In this document: piece by piece, positions 10,011 through 20,830 of the stretch
Layout: each line of letters opens with the position of its first letter
How positions within the stretch are numbered: the stretch's first letter is position 1
Assembly: GCA_050010755.1 (NCBI GenBank)
Contig: JBEKKK010000001.1
Span: 608,001-672,000, forward strand
DNA length: 64,000 nucleotides
Direction of reading: 5' to 3'
Source of the DNA: Candidatus Bathyarchaeia archaeon
Lineage (GTDB): Archaea; Thermoproteota; Bathyarchaeia; Bathyarchaeales; Bathycorpusculaceae
The notes under the pieces: model-generated
The model's input: only the letters and a program-made list of their open reading frames with translations
Databases searched by the model: none
What the model was told of the DNA's origin: nothing
Position numbers and translations under genes: made by a program

Positions 10011-11273
10011 TCATTCCTCCCATGAACCTTTTGCAGCGGCCTTTAGGCAATCTTCCATACTGCCTAGTAACACATTATGCCACCCTCTTCCAGGGCCTAG
10101 ATAGAATGCTTGCTTTGCGGAATCTGTGGCAATTGTCAGTTTGCCGTGTGAACGCCGGAGAAGGGGACCTAGCGCAGAGGCACAAGTATCAACCGTTACC
10201 AGTCCTCCAGCTTTGCTCACTACGTTAACATACCCTGCGTGCGCTGCCGCTGCGTAAACAGGTTCGCAGGTTTGGATCCACAATCTGACATCTTCATGAA
10301 CTTTCTTCCCTTCAAGTAGCCTAGAAGCTCTCTCTAACTGTTGAAGTGAATAGTGCGGACAACCGAGTGCAACGATATCGATTTTTCCCGACCCAGTACA
10401 CAATTTCCGACAGGTCTCTCTGAGATCACGTTCTTCTATTTCGATAGTCTCCTCGGGTTTTTCGTTTCTGAACATATGCTGTTCCGTTTTTGTCTCGGGG
10501 GTCACACCAGGAATATGATACATCCCAATCACACTAGAAACTCCCAGACCCGAGCCTAGCTCCACCAAATCTTCAGTATATATCTTTCGCGACAGTCCAG
10601 AAAAGACAGGGACCTTGTCAACTACCATTTGTCCTATATAGTATCCTAGAATTCCATATTCATGCGTTGCTTTTGGATGCTTTCTGATCTTCACCAACGT
10701 CTTTCCTAATCGGTTTTCTCTAAGATGATACCCGTAAAGTGGCGTTCTTCCAGTCAGTGCGGCCATCAACGCACTTAGACAGCCTTCACGGTTGCTTCTT
10801 GCGCCCAACACTGAATTAATGAAGGGGACTGTGGAAGACTCTGACCAAGCGACGTGTTCATTGAATCTTGGCAGGTTGCTGAAGTAGTACGGCGTGCAGG
10901 AGCATGTGTTCGCGCAACCTATTCTCTTGAGTGCTTGCAGAATCCTTGACTCTTTTGTAATGTAATCTGCACCGTAAATCTCGAATTCTTTCAAACGTCG
11001 TCTATCAATACCTGTGACGTTCGTTGTCGTGAAAACTCGGACTTTGGCTCCTTTATTCGCCAAGTCTTCAATGAATGCAATGCCTGAATCACCGATGGTC
11101 TCATAGACCAAGTCTGCTATGTGAGTCGAGCTGATTTTGACCATTCTTGCCGCGTTGTAAGCCTCACCCAGCTTCACCAGTATCTCCATCGCCTTCGCTG
11201 CGCATTCACCATATTCTCCTTCAAGCATGCCCCGTTCAGCTTTTGCAAGTCGCAAGGGCGTTCCCATCTGCAA
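10011..11273 (-). CDS. Aconitase X large (DUF521) catalytic subunit
   Basis: CTPY, AWSESS, NSVLGARSNREG, ALTGRTP, LGCPH, DTC motifs. Confidence 0.9.
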   Translation of the reverse strand: MQMGTPLRLAKAERGMLEGEYGECAAKAMEILVKLGEAYNAARMVKISSTHIADLVYETIGDSGIAFIEDLANKGAKVRVFTTTNVTGIDRRRLKEFEIYGADYITKESRILQALKRIGCANTCSCTPYYFSNLPRFNEHVAWSESSTVPFINSVLGARSNREGCLSALMAALTGRTPLYGYHLRENRLGKTLVKIRKHPKATHEYGILGYYIGQMVVDKVPVFSGLSRKIYTEDLVELGSGLGVSSVIGMYHIPGVTPETKTEQHMFRNEKPEETIEIEERDLRETCRKLCTGSGKIDIVALGCPHYSLQQLERASRLLEGKKVHEDVRLWIQTCEPVYAAAAHAGYVNVVSKAGGLVTVDTCASALGPLLRRSHGKLTIATDSAKQAFYLGPGRGWHNVLLGSMEDCLKAAAKGSWEE

Positions 11274-11344
11274 GGATATATAACAGATTAGCTTCTATCC
11301 TTTATGACTTACTTAGAGATAAAGTCTGAGTCGGAATTTCAGAG

Positions 11345-11953
11345 ATGAAAACAAGAAAAGATATGCGCCAAAAGAAGAATACTTCAAAAGCAGCCTGCAG
11401 GCCCGATAAAACTGAAATCGATCTTTCTCACGCATATAGGCTCCTTTATCCAATGCATACTGTTCTTGTTTCCTGCTGTGGAAAAACTGGGGGACCTAAC
11501 ATCATAACGCTGTCTTGGGTAATGCCTACATCAATCAAACCGCCCCTAGTTGCTATAAGTGTGGCACCAAATCGACATAGCCACGCTCTCATCAAAGAAT
11601 CCAGAGAGTTTGTGGTTAACATTCCAACCTTTAGCCTGTTGAAGGATACACTTTTTTGTGGCACAGTGAGCGGCAAAGATCACGATAAATTCAAAGAAAC
11701 AGGCTTGACATCGTTGGCTAGCAGGATGGTCAAGGCTCCTTTCATAATGGAATGTATCGCTCATCTAGAATGCAAACTTTGCGGTGAATTCAACACAGGC
11801 GATCATACGCTGTTCATAGGCGAGATTATTGCAGCATATGCAAACAAAGGAGCTTTTGGGACTGTTTATGATACGAGAATTGCGCCAATTCTTCTTGAAC
11901 TAGGCGGAAACAAATTCGCAATACCTGATCGCAGAGTTATCAAGTTTCAATAG
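11345..11953 (+). CDS. Flavin reductase family protein (flavoredoxin-like)
   Basis: EFVVNIP, CGTVSGKDHDKF, ECIAHLEC, GDHTLFIGEI. Confidence 0.9.
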   Translation: MKTRKDMRQKKNTSKAACRPDKTEIDLSHAYRLLYPMHTVLVSCCGKTGGPNIITLSWVMPTSIKPPLVAISVAPNRHSHALIKESREFVVNIPTFSLLKDTLFCGTVSGKDHDKFKETGLTSLASRMVKAPFIMECIAHLECKLCGEFNTGDHTLFIGEIIAAYANKGAFGTVYDTRIAPILLELGGNKFAIPDRRVIKFQ

Positions 11954-12131
11954 TGAATTGCTTTAAGCTCGTTTGAAGTTTTTAGTGTGTCTGTAAAACC
12001 CGCTAGCCAGCTCTGACACGTGATTCTAAAGGAACGACATGCTAATGTCTACAGCGTGTGGCCAAATCTCGCATTACGAAAAGTTTATTATTCGATTGCT
12101 GCACTCGGATTATTTCATTGGGTGCTGGCTT

Positions 12132-13082
12132 ATGACATCTACGAGCATACTTGTGACGGGCGCTTCCGGTTTTGTCGGGTCGAATATTCTTCAGACTCTT
12201 GTTGAAAAGGGAAAGAGTGCTGTGGGTTATGATGTTGCATCACCTCCGCCAGATCTTTTTGGCAGAGTGACAGTAGTGAAGGGAGACATACTTGACTTGT
12301 CTAGGATTTTGCACTTAACGAACCAATACAATGTCAACGGCGTCATTCACACGATCGCAATAATGCCTTCGACTGGCTCGGAAGATATGCCAGCTCAGGC
12401 AATGAAAATAAATGTGGAAGGGACGTTGACTATATTGGAAGCTGCCAGGTTGCTGAACTTCAGGAGAGTGGTCTTCTGCAGCACAGTTTCAGCTTGCGGT
12501 GATAGAGGTCTTGTTAAGGTGAAAGAAGACGACCCATCTGTTTTTCCTTTTCACGAAATCTATGGGCTGTCAAAATTTATGGCCGAACAACTTTGCCTTT
12601 ACTACAATGAGCGATTTGGGGTCGATGTGGTGATCGTTAGGTTTACCAATGTATACGGACCTGGGCAAAGACCATTTAGGAAGCCATTCATTGCAGGTGC
12701 TCAACCAATCGATTGGTTCCTTCACAGCGCCCTAAGCGATGGCATGATAGAGATGGAGAAGGGGCGTGAAACACGTAAGGATTATACATACATCAAAGAT
12801 GTCGTGCAAGGCGTACTTCTTGCTTATGAAAAAGAGAAACCAAAATACAGGTTGTACAACATCTCAAGCGGTAAGCTCACAACCATAGATGAAATAATTA
12901 AGGCCATCAAGCGAGTGCTTCCAAACGTCAGCGCAAATATCGGGCCAGGGGTTGAGGAAGCCTTGCCATATTTTGACATAAGCAGAGCACAGGATGACTT
13001 GGGTTATCAGCCTTTGTATGACATAGAGAAGGCAGTTCCAGATTACTTAGACTGGCTTCGAAGCAGAATCAATAAGAGCTAA
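12132..13082 (+). CDS. NAD-dependent epimerase/dehydratase (extended SDR)
   Basis: LVTGASGFVG, YGLSK, RFTNVYGPG; start trimmed to MTSTS. Confidence 0.9.
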   Translation: MTSTSILVTGASGFVGSNILQTLVEKGKSAVGYDVASPPPDLFGRVTVVKGDILDLSRILHLTNQYNVNGVIHTIAIMPSTGSEDMPAQAMKINVEGTLTILEAARLLNFRRVVFCSTVSACGDRGLVKVKEDDPSVFPFHEIYGLSKFMAEQLCLYYNERFGVDVVIVRFTNVYGPGQRPFRKPFIAGAQPIDWFLHSALSDGMIEMEKGRETRKDYTYIKDVVQGVLLAYEKEKPKYRLYNISSGKLTTIDEIIKAIKRVLPNVSANIGPGVEEALPYFDISRAQDDLGYQPLYDIEKAVPDYLDWLRSRINKS

Positions 13083-13113
13083 GATTTGGTTTTCATAGAA
13101 ACCATATTTGCTC

Positions 13114-14397
13114 TTAGCTTTCGATTGCCTCAATTCCCATTTGTTCACAAAGCACTTTCAAATCGTTTCTGATATCTCCCGATGCCACGATGTAATGGTT
13201 GCCCGAAATATTTCGAATAAAGGCATCTTTGCCTCCTACAAGCCTGATCCTGATATCCAGAGTCGTTTGATTGAGGCAGGATACAACATTGCCCAAGGCA
13301 AAGTGCATTTTATCCATGTGGGAACCATACAATCTGAGTAAGGTCACTTCTTTTCCTTCCTGAAGTTTTGGTCTGCACATCGCTAACGGAATTGGTTCCC
13401 CAACATGGGATGGTGAGTGCCCTGTTTTTATGGTTACGTCGCTGCAATCTTCGCATAATGAAGCAGGGCCAGCACAATGAAGCATAGTCATCACGCTTTC
13501 CGAATCAATCGTGAAGGGGTCGCTGATTAGGGGCTGTTTGCCTGAGAGGTACAGTATCATTAGTGCTGCTGCACAAGTGACAACATCTCCCTCGCAACCA
13601 ATTGTGTATGATTCATCAATGAAACCGAGACATGGGTTAACTTTGAATTCTTTGATCATCTCAGAATGGCATTCAAGGCAGAAACCCTCGAGCTCACGTT
13701 CATTCGCAATCTTTTTTAGCGCCAAATGCTGGCGCATTGATTGGACGAGAAGCGCGGGTTCGACTTCCACTTTGATGCCCTTTGGGATATTTTCAATTGC
13801 TTTGGCAGCCTCTTTTTCCGTTGTTTTAGTAACAACTTGTTTGTATTCAGATATTGGGATTCGGACAATATCAGGTCCTATCCTATGGCGAAGTATGTTT
13901 CTGTCGTAGTAGGAGGCTGTCATTAGAGAGAAAACGCCTCCGATTGCGCCTATTCTTGCTCTTTTGAGTCTGTTGATAGTATAGTTGACTCTTGCTAGTT
14001 GTTCAATTCGGCGCGTCACTTCCTTGTCTGACGCAGATCCATAAACAAGGTTCGACTTAAAGTCCCTCTCCATTAGCGCACCAATTGCGCTGGCACAAGT
14101 CGGTAACGAGTATCGAGTTGGAAGAGCCCAAATCACTGTTCTGACGACGCTGTTCTCTGCAGCCAAGACTAATAATGGGGCGCTAGCTCCATGGAGAGAA
14201 AACAATATGAGAAGATCGATTTCCGCAGACTGGAGATTTTTAACGGCGAGTATTATATCTTTTTCATCATACAAGGGCTTGGTCTTAGTGAGATCCACAT
14301 TGATGGATTCCAGATTCTCTATTGCAGATTTGATATCGTTTTTGATATCTTCTGAAGTGACCTCCCCTATTGGCATCAGAAATATTCTAGGTCTCAT
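13114..14397 (-). CDS. L-fucose/L-arabinose isomerase-like protein
   Basis: GCEGDV, MLHCAG, VTLLRL, GNHYIVASGD pattern of the FucI-like family. Confidence 0.75.
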   Translation of the reverse strand: MRPRIFLMPIGEVTSEDIKNDIKSAIENLESINVDLTKTKPLYDEKDIILAVKNLQSAEIDLLILFSLHGASAPLLVLAAENSVVRTVIWALPTRYSLPTCASAIGALMERDFKSNLVYGSASDKEVTRRIEQLARVNYTINRLKRARIGAIGGVFSLMTASYYDRNILRHRIGPDIVRIPISEYKQVVTKTTEKEAAKAIENIPKGIKVEVEPALLVQSMRQHLALKKIANERELEGFCLECHSEMIKEFKVNPCLGFIDESYTIGCEGDVVTCAAALMILYLSGKQPLISDPFTIDSESVMTMLHCAGPASLCEDCSDVTIKTGHSPSHVGEPIPLAMCRPKLQEGKEVTLLRLYGSHMDKMHFALGNVVSCLNQTTLDIRIRLVGGKDAFIRNISGNHYIVASGDIRNDLKVLCEQMGIEAIES

Positions 14398-14609
14398 TAT
14401 GGTTCAGCCTGCTCGATTTGAATTCCACAACCAATAGCTTCTAGCATTATTTACATCTTTTGGGAGAATCTTCCTATTCTATTATTCAAGAGTCATTCAT
14501 GTTGAAGACCGAACCAGGCAATATGAAATGAATAAAGAACAAAATAACTGTCAGGAAAATCATGACCGAAAAAACAAAAAGGGTGTATTAGGGCCTTTTT
14601 TTAAGGCTC

Positions 14610-15893
14610 TCAGCCAGACTGTGACTGTGGCATTGGGAATACGACGTTTGTTGCTTTAACATCTGGCGGATATACTGTCGCCCAGGTTCCACTAGTGGTA
14701 CCGTTGAAGAACTGCGTTATGACCAAGCCAATGTTTATGTTCTGTCCGCCTGCATCAAATTTGACGCTTCCAACGCTTGGGATTTGGTCTGATGGAATCA
14801 CTGTGCTGCTGAGTGCGTCTCTGATCTTCTGCGGGTCTAAAGAATTGGCCTTGTTGACCGCCGAACACCATGTTCTAAAAGCAGTGTCCCAACCTATGAC
14901 ATCGGTGTATGCAGATCCATTCCCATAAAGCGAATTGAATTCGTCCCTGACTTGATTTGACAGCGGCTTGTTGACGTCAGGGCTCCACGAAAGGACGTTG
15001 AACCAATAGTCTGCGAGATTCGTGCCTGCTATTGCAGCTATGAACGCCGGTTTGTTTTCTCCATCTTGAGTAAGAATTGCCTTCGGATACCAATTAAGCT
15101 GCTTAAACGCTTTGGCATACAGAAGTCCGTCGTTGACGTAGCCCGCCTGGAAAACCACGTCAGGATTGGCCGACTTCAAGGTTAAGACTTCTGAAGTCAC
15201 ATCAGCAGTATTCATGTTGTACGGAATATTCGCTACGACCGTGTAGTTGTAATCTGTGGAGTTGTTTGTTGCTGCCCATCCTGCCTCGCAACCAGAGCCG
15301 AATGATGAGTCTTCGTAGAGATAAGCTATCGTATGAATTGGGATATTATATGTGGCGCTTTCATTTTTCAAGAATTGGAACAAGGCGCTACCAAACATAT
15401 TGTCGTTAGCAACTACCCTGAAGTAGTATTGGAATCGACCGTCAGTCAATGTGGGGCTGGAAGCGTCACCGCCCATCATAGGAATCTTGTATTGTTGACA
15501 TACTTGAGCCATAGGCAAAGCCAAGGAACTGTATATGCCTCCAAAAACAGTAATGACGTGTTGCTCAGTGATTAGGTATTCTGCCGTTGAGGCTGCAGTG
15601 TTTGGATCCCATTGGTTGTCTGCCCAGACAGCCTGAACCTTCACGCTTTTTCCATCAATAGTTAGGCCGCCTGCATTATTGAAGTCGCTAATCGCCATGT
15701 CGAAAGTTTTCCGAGCTGCTTGACCTTGGTCTGCGCCGGCTCCAGTTAAGCCGTAATCAAAACCAACCAGGGCTACGGTTGGGCTATTTGGTATAAGCTG
15801 TTGAAGCGTTTGTACATAGTACAAGGTTATTCCAGACATTAAGATTGTTATAGCCACCAAAATCACAATCACTTTTTCAAGTGTCGATGCCAT
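14610..15893 (-). CDS. livK: Branched-chain amino acid-type ABC substrate-binding protein, N-terminally membrane-anchored
   Basis: N-terminal TM segment; LTGAGA, FNNAGG, SSPTLT, YYFRV, EDSSFG (Peripla_BP_6). Confidence 0.88.
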   Translation of the reverse strand: MASTLEKVIVILVAITILMSGITLYYVQTLQQLIPNSPTVALVGFDYGLTGAGADQGQAARKTFDMAISDFNNAGGLTIDGKSVKVQAVWADNQWDPNTAASTAEYLITEQHVITVFGGIYSSLALPMAQVCQQYKIPMMGGDASSPTLTDGRFQYYFRVVANDNMFGSALFQFLKNESATYNIPIHTIAYLYEDSSFGSGCEAGWAATNNSTDYNYTVVANIPYNMNTADVTSEVLTLKSANPDVVFQAGYVNDGLLYAKAFKQLNWYPKAILTQDGENKPAFIAAIAGTNLADYWFNVLSWSPDVNKPLSNQVRDEFNSLYGNGSAYTDVIGWDTAFRTWCSAVNKANSLDPQKIRDALSSTVIPSDQIPSVGSVKFDAGGQNINIGLVITQFFNGTTSGTWATVYPPDVKATNVVFPMPQSQSG

Positions 15894-16126
15894 TTTTCTT
15901 TCTCCTTCATTTTGTGGCTCGCACGCCTTATGGCGATATTGATACATTAACTATTTATGGATTGCGTTAATTTAGCGCACGCTAAGTGTTTTGAGCAGTT
16001 TATGGGACAAATGTTATTACAAGGAGAGGCTGAATCTTCTGAGACATGTTACAATAGATTTTTATAGCAACTCAACTCTGCTTTAACAGAAATAGCATAC
16101 AATAATGAATAGAGGGAAAAGTCGTC

Positions 16127-17140
16127 TTGTGGTTCTTGAATCTTGAGCTCGCAAAGGCTTCGGATACTCTTGTAAGAGAAGAAACCTTGCTGGGCCTGAA
16201 GCCTAATGAAAATCTCTTGATATGTGCAGATACAGAAACAGATATGGCAGTGGTGGAAGCAACCGCGAGGGCCGCTCACTTGGCTCGATCTAAAGTAGCC
16301 GTCATATGGTACGCCGCTCCCCCTGACATTGGAGAAAAGGCTACAGTTCCAGAGCCTGTGGCGGCAGCAATGTTAAAGGCCGATATTATGGTTGAGTTTT
16401 CCAGAAAATACTTGCTCTTTTCGAAGGCATGGAGAAGAGCCATGGAAAAAAGTGTAAGATATTTGGGGCTTTGGGGCATGGACGTCGGAATGATGGTGAG
16501 GTTAATAGGAAATGTTGACTGGGCGAAGATGATAGAATTGGGAAAAAGACTTGTCGAAGTAAGTAAGGAGGCAACTCACATGAAGATAACATCATCTGCC
16601 GGGACGAATGTCTATTTTAGGTTAGATTCAGATCGCCCTTTCATTCGGTCGGAAGTCGGCGGCGGTTTGGCAGGTGAAATCGCATGGGCTCCTGTGGAGG
16701 AGACGGTGAACGGTACGATTGTGCTGAACGGAGCGATTTTCCCTCCCGAAATCGGCATTCTACATAGTCCTATTAAGCTAAGGGTCATTAAAGGCAGAGT
16801 GGTAAGGATCATCGGGGGAGCTGAAGCAAAGAAGTTGGAAGGATGGCTCGCTAGTTGGCATGATCCCAGCATGTACAACATAGCACACTTCAGCTATGGC
16901 TTCAATCCTGGCGCAAAGCTTTCTGACAAGATACTAGAGGCTGATAGAGTTTTTGGAAGCGTGGTTGTTGGTTTAGGGTACCAAAGAGAATACTACAAAG
17001 GAAAAGCCGGGGTCGCGGCCGCTCATTCTGATGGCACTATGTTGAATCCGACAATATTCGTTGATGAAGATTGTCTCGAAAAGGAAGGAAGATACGTCCA
17101 TCCTCGTTTGGCTTCGATAAGCAAGGCATTAGGTTTCTAG
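16127..17140 (+). CDS. Leucyl aminopeptidase/M29-like metalloprotein (NicX-related family)
   Basis: APVEETVNGTIV, IAHFSYGFNPGA, EADRVFG, HSDGTMLNPTI. Confidence 0.7.
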   Translation: MWFLNLELAKASDTLVREETLLGLKPNENLLICADTETDMAVVEATARAAHLARSKVAVIWYAAPPDIGEKATVPEPVAAAMLKADIMVEFSRKYLLFSKAWRRAMEKSVRYLGLWGMDVGMMVRLIGNVDWAKMIELGKRLVEVSKEATHMKITSSAGTNVYFRLDSDRPFIRSEVGGGLAGEIAWAPVEETVNGTIVLNGAIFPPEIGILHSPIKLRVIKGRVVRIIGGAEAKKLEGWLASWHDPSMYNIAHFSYGFNPGAKLSDKILEADRVFGSVVVGLGYQREYYKGKAGVAAAHSDGTMLNPTIFVDEDCLEKEGRYVHPRLASISKALGF

Positions 17141-17254
17141 TTATGGCAAAATGTAGCTCATTTCTCGCAAGTCTGGCCACTTATCAAGAAACTGATAAGC
17201 CTTAAATATGTTGCCGACGACTGCATACATTCATACAGCTTACGTCAAACGAAG

Positions 17255-18157
17255 ATGGAAGGAGCAATGGATCCGAGCATCATTGTCCAACTGATAGTCA
17301 ACGGATTACTGATTGGAGGCATATACTCCCTTGTTAGCATGGGGTTGACTCTAATATGGGGAGTAATGAATGTCGTAAACTTTGCCCAGGGCGAGCTTCT
17401 GATGATCGGGATGTATATTGCATGGTTGCTAAACTATTTTTTTGGTTTCAGTCCCTACCTTTCTGTAATTGTTTGCTTCATCGGTCTCTTCTTGATAGGA
17501 CTAATAATCGAGAAGTTCCTTGTGAGTCGTGTCATAGAGCTCTCTATGGCAGCTAGAATATATGTCACGTTTGGGCTATCCTTGTTTTTATCGAATTTAA
17601 TGCTTATGCTTATGGGGGCTCAGGTAAGGGCCATACCATCGGAGACATCAACTCTGATTGTTGGATCGATTTTCATCGATGTTCCTCATTTGATATCTTT
17701 CGTTTTTTCAATCTTCACTGCTTTCGGAATGTACTTGTTTCTTATGAAAAGTAGGACTGGGAAGGCGTTGCGAGCGGTCAGCCAAAATAGAGTTGTGGCA
17801 AGTTCAATGGGCATAAATGTCCACAACATGTATCTGATCGCGTTTGGAATTGGCGCAGCTCTGACGGGGATAGCAGGTTCACTGATAATGGGATACTACA
17901 GCGTAACACCTACAGTCGGCACGGCATTCATGTTATCTGCATTCGCAGCAATTGTTCTAGGAAGCATGGGGAATTTTGAGGGAGCTTTTTTTGCAGGATT
18001 AATAATAGGCGTAGCAGAAACAGTTGGCGGGTACTTCATAGGGCCAGATCTAAAGCAGGCAGCATCCTTCGTGATTTTGGTCGTGATTCTCATGATACGT
18101 CCTACTGGTCTGTTTGGAAAGGAGCTTGGGAAGGAAAGAGTAAAACAAGAGGGTTAA
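17255..18157 (+). CDS. livH: Branched-chain amino acid ABC permease
   Basis: GLTLIWGVMNVVNFAQG, GKALRAVSQN, RPTGLFG. Confidence 0.92.
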   Translation: MEGAMDPSIIVQLIVNGLLIGGIYSLVSMGLTLIWGVMNVVNFAQGELLMIGMYIAWLLNYFFGFSPYLSVIVCFIGLFLIGLIIEKFLVSRVIELSMAARIYVTFGLSLFLSNLMLMLMGAQVRAIPSETSTLIVGSIFIDVPHLISFVFSIFTAFGMYLFLMKSRTGKALRAVSQNRVVASSMGINVHNMYLIAFGIGAALTGIAGSLIMGYYSVTPTVGTAFMLSAFAAIVLGSMGNFEGAFFAGLIIGVAETVGGYFIGPDLKQAASFVILVVILMIRPTGLFGKELGKERVKQEG

Positions 18158-18161
18158 TAAA

Positions 18162-19202
18162 ATGGGAGAAATGGACGAAGCTGGGTCAGGAAGCCGTGTG
18201 AAACTGCTGCGTTCTCAAAGGATATACCTCCCTTTGCTTTGTTTGATAGGCCTATTGGTAGCGCCTGTTCTTGCCGCGGGCAATCCATTTCTAATGCACG
18301 TACTGATAATGTCACTTTTCTATGCTTTCCTCGGCACTGCTTGGAACATCGTCGGAGGCTACGTGGGTCTAGTTTCATTGGGGCACGCAGCATATTTTGG
18401 CCTTGGCGCATATATTTCCACTCTGGCTTTTCTGAATTTCGGTGTCACGCCCTGGCTAGGCATTTTGCTGGCTGCAGTAGGTGCCACATTTTTCGGCTTT
18501 GCGATCGGGGTTCCTTCTATTCGATTTTGGGGAGGAGGCGCTTTTTTTTGCGTGGTTTCAATAGCTTTTGCTGAAACCTTAAGACTCGTGTTTCTAGGTT
18601 TAAAGATCGGAGGAGGATCGGCAGGGACATTGTTGCCAATCGTTCCTTCTTTTGTCAATTTTGAATTTGAATCAAAGCTGCCATATTATTTCATTATTTT
18701 GGGTTTTCTTGTTGTTGAACTTCTTGTATTGCAGAGAATTTCGGTTTCCAAAATGGGCCATTACTTAGTTGCCATCCGAGAAGACGAGGTCAAGGCTGAA
18801 GCAGTCGGAATTGACACACGAAAGTATAAACTTCTGGCGATTGGGCTAAGCGCATTTTTCACTGCAATCGGGGGAGTCTTCTACGCGCAATATGTCCTTT
18901 ATTTTGACCCCTACACGGTATTCGGGCTGAACCTCTCTATTTTCATCGTGTTGGTTGCAACCGTAGGAGGCAGGGGAACTATTTTGGGGCCTGTTCTTGG
19001 ATCTTTCATAATAACGCCAATTTCATTGTACAGCAACGTAATTTTGGGTGGATCCACTTTTCAAGGTCTCTCTCAAGTTGTGTATGGAGTTCTGCTCATC
19101 CTTATCGTTTTGACGGTTCCTGCTGGCCTGATGGCCTTGGTCACAAAAGCGTTAGGCTCAGTTACTCCTTCAGAAAAGGATTTCCACAAAGGTGAAAACT
19201 AG
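18162..19202 (+). CDS. livM: Branched-chain amino acid ABC permease
   Basis: WNIVGGYVGLVSLGHAAYFG, AIREDE, GGRGTILGP. Confidence 0.92.
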   Translation: MGEMDEAGSGSRVKLLRSQRIYLPLLCLIGLLVAPVLAAGNPFLMHVLIMSLFYAFLGTAWNIVGGYVGLVSLGHAAYFGLGAYISTLAFLNFGVTPWLGILLAAVGATFFGFAIGVPSIRFWGGGAFFCVVSIAFAETLRLVFLGLKIGGGSAGTLLPIVPSFVNFEFESKLPYYFIILGFLVVELLVLQRISVSKMGHYLVAIREDEVKAEAVGIDTRKYKLLAIGLSAFFTAIGGVFYAQYVLYFDPYTVFGLNLSIFIVLVATVGGRGTILGPVLGSFIITPISLYSNVILGGSTFQGLSQVVYGVLLILIVLTVPAGLMALVTKALGSVTPSEKDFHKGEN

Positions 19203-19204
19203 GT

Positions 19205-19930
19205 TTGGCCTTGGTTCGGGTGCAAGATCTGACAAAGAATTTCGGAGGGATTTGCGCAGTAGATCATTGTTCTTTTGAGATAAAAGAAAAGATGATTTAC
19301 GGGCTAATCGGACCCAACGGTTCGGGAAAAACGACTGTTTTCAACCTTATTACAGGGCTTTATAAAGAAGACGGAGGCGACATCTTTTTCAAAGGAGAAC
19401 GGATTAACAGATTAAAGACTCATCAACGGGTCCGAATGGGATTGGGCCGAACTTTTCAGCTCGTGAGAATATTTCAAGGCTTGAAAGTCATCAACAACCT
19501 TTTAGTTCCACCCCCAAGAAAGGGAGAAAAGGAAACAGAAACCCGCAAAAGGGCGTTGAATTTGCTGAAATTCGTCAATCTCATGAGACTGAAAGACGAA
19601 TATGCTCGAAATTTGTCTTTTGGACAACAGAGGTTATTGGAGCTTGCAATTGTACTAATGCAGAATCCTGATCTCGTGTTGATGGATGAACCGACATCGG
19701 GCGTAAATCCGGCAATCATACAGGAAATAATCAATCACATCAAGCAACTACGTGATGGAGGAAAAACATTCATAATAGTGGAACACAACATACCTGCAAT
19801 AATGGAAATATGCGACCGAATAATTGTTCTAGATCACGGAACAAAGATTGCGGAAGGCACCGGCAACGAAATCGCGGCAGATAAAAAAGTAATAGAGGCC
19901 TATCTTGGAGGAGGGGCACCAATCAAATGA
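19205..19930 (+). CDS. livG: Branched-chain amino acid ABC ATPase
   Basis: GPNGSGKTT, GRTFQ, LSFGQQR, MDEP, VIEAYLG. Confidence 0.93.
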   Translation: MALVRVQDLTKNFGGICAVDHCSFEIKEKMIYGLIGPNGSGKTTVFNLITGLYKEDGGDIFFKGERINRLKTHQRVRMGLGRTFQLVRIFQGLKVINNLLVPPPRKGEKETETRKRALNLLKFVNLMRLKDEYARNLSFGQQRLLELAIVLMQNPDLVLMDEPTSGVNPAIIQEIINHIKQLRDGGKTFIIVEHNIPAIMEICDRIIVLDHGTKIAEGTGNEIAADKKVIEAYLGGGAPIK

Positions 19931-20637
19931 GCATCGAAGTAAGAGGTCTAAAGTCCGGATACGGCGCCGTGAGAATCTTGCATGGAGTATCCATGCTTGC
20001 TGAGAGGTCCAAAATCACATGCATAATCGGACATAATGGTGCAGGAAAATCCACACTGCTGAAAACAATATTCGGAATAGTCAAGAAAGATGAGGGAAAC
20101 ATCAACTTCGACGGAGAAGACCTTTCTAGACTGAGGCCAGATCAGGTATTGAGGAAGGGCATTTCATATGTCCCCCAAGGCACAACCACCTTCCCCTTTA
20201 TGACAGTTTTAGAGAATTTGGAAATGGGGGCTTACATCGAACGGAATCATGATAAAATAAAGAAGAATATAGAAGAAGTTTTTGATATCTTTCCTATTCT
20301 TCGAGAAAGAAAAGGCGAGGCTGCAGGAGCGATGAGCGGTGGAGAACAGAGAATGCTTGAATTCGGCAGGGCCTTAATGCTACGACCCAAAGCTCTCCTA
20401 TTGGACGAACCGTCAATGGGACTATCGCCAAAACTCGTATCGGAAGTAGTTGAAAAAATAGGAGAACTGAACAAAACTGGGATGACCATACTTATGGTTG
20501 AACAAAACGTCCGCATGGGTTTAAGCATTGCGGATTACGGCTATGTGCTGGTGCTTGGAAAGAATGCACATGAGGGTCCTGCGAAAGATTTGCTCGATTC
20601 ATATGGCGACTTGTTGAAAACGTATCTCAGTGGCTAA
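19927..20637 (+). CDS. livF: Branched-chain amino acid ABC ATPase
   Basis: GHNGAGKST, MSGGEQRM, LLDEPSMGLSP, VEQN. Confidence 0.93.
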   Translation: MSIEVRGLKSGYGAVRILHGVSMLAERSKITCIIGHNGAGKSTLLKTIFGIVKKDEGNINFDGEDLSRLRPDQVLRKGISYVPQGTTTFPFMTVLENLEMGAYIERNHDKIKKNIEEVFDIFPILRERKGEAAGAMSGGEQRMLEFGRALMLRPKALLLDEPSMGLSPKLVSEVVEKIGELNKTGMTILMVEQNVRMGLSIADYGYVLVLGKNAHEGPAKDLLDSYGDLLKTYLSG

Positions 20638-20830
20638 GGCCCTCGCAAAGCGCACCCGCAACCCAGCAGCTGCAGGACAAAAACGTGGAGAAGAATGAAT
20701 CAAAGGAAACTGCATGCTCAAATAGCGCGCGCTCGTGACGTACTGGTATTTGCGTAGGCAATTTAAGAAAGGCTCCTTATCGTGCTAGAGAGATTTATAA
20801 GATTGGCTTGATTTCTCCATATCGATCAGG

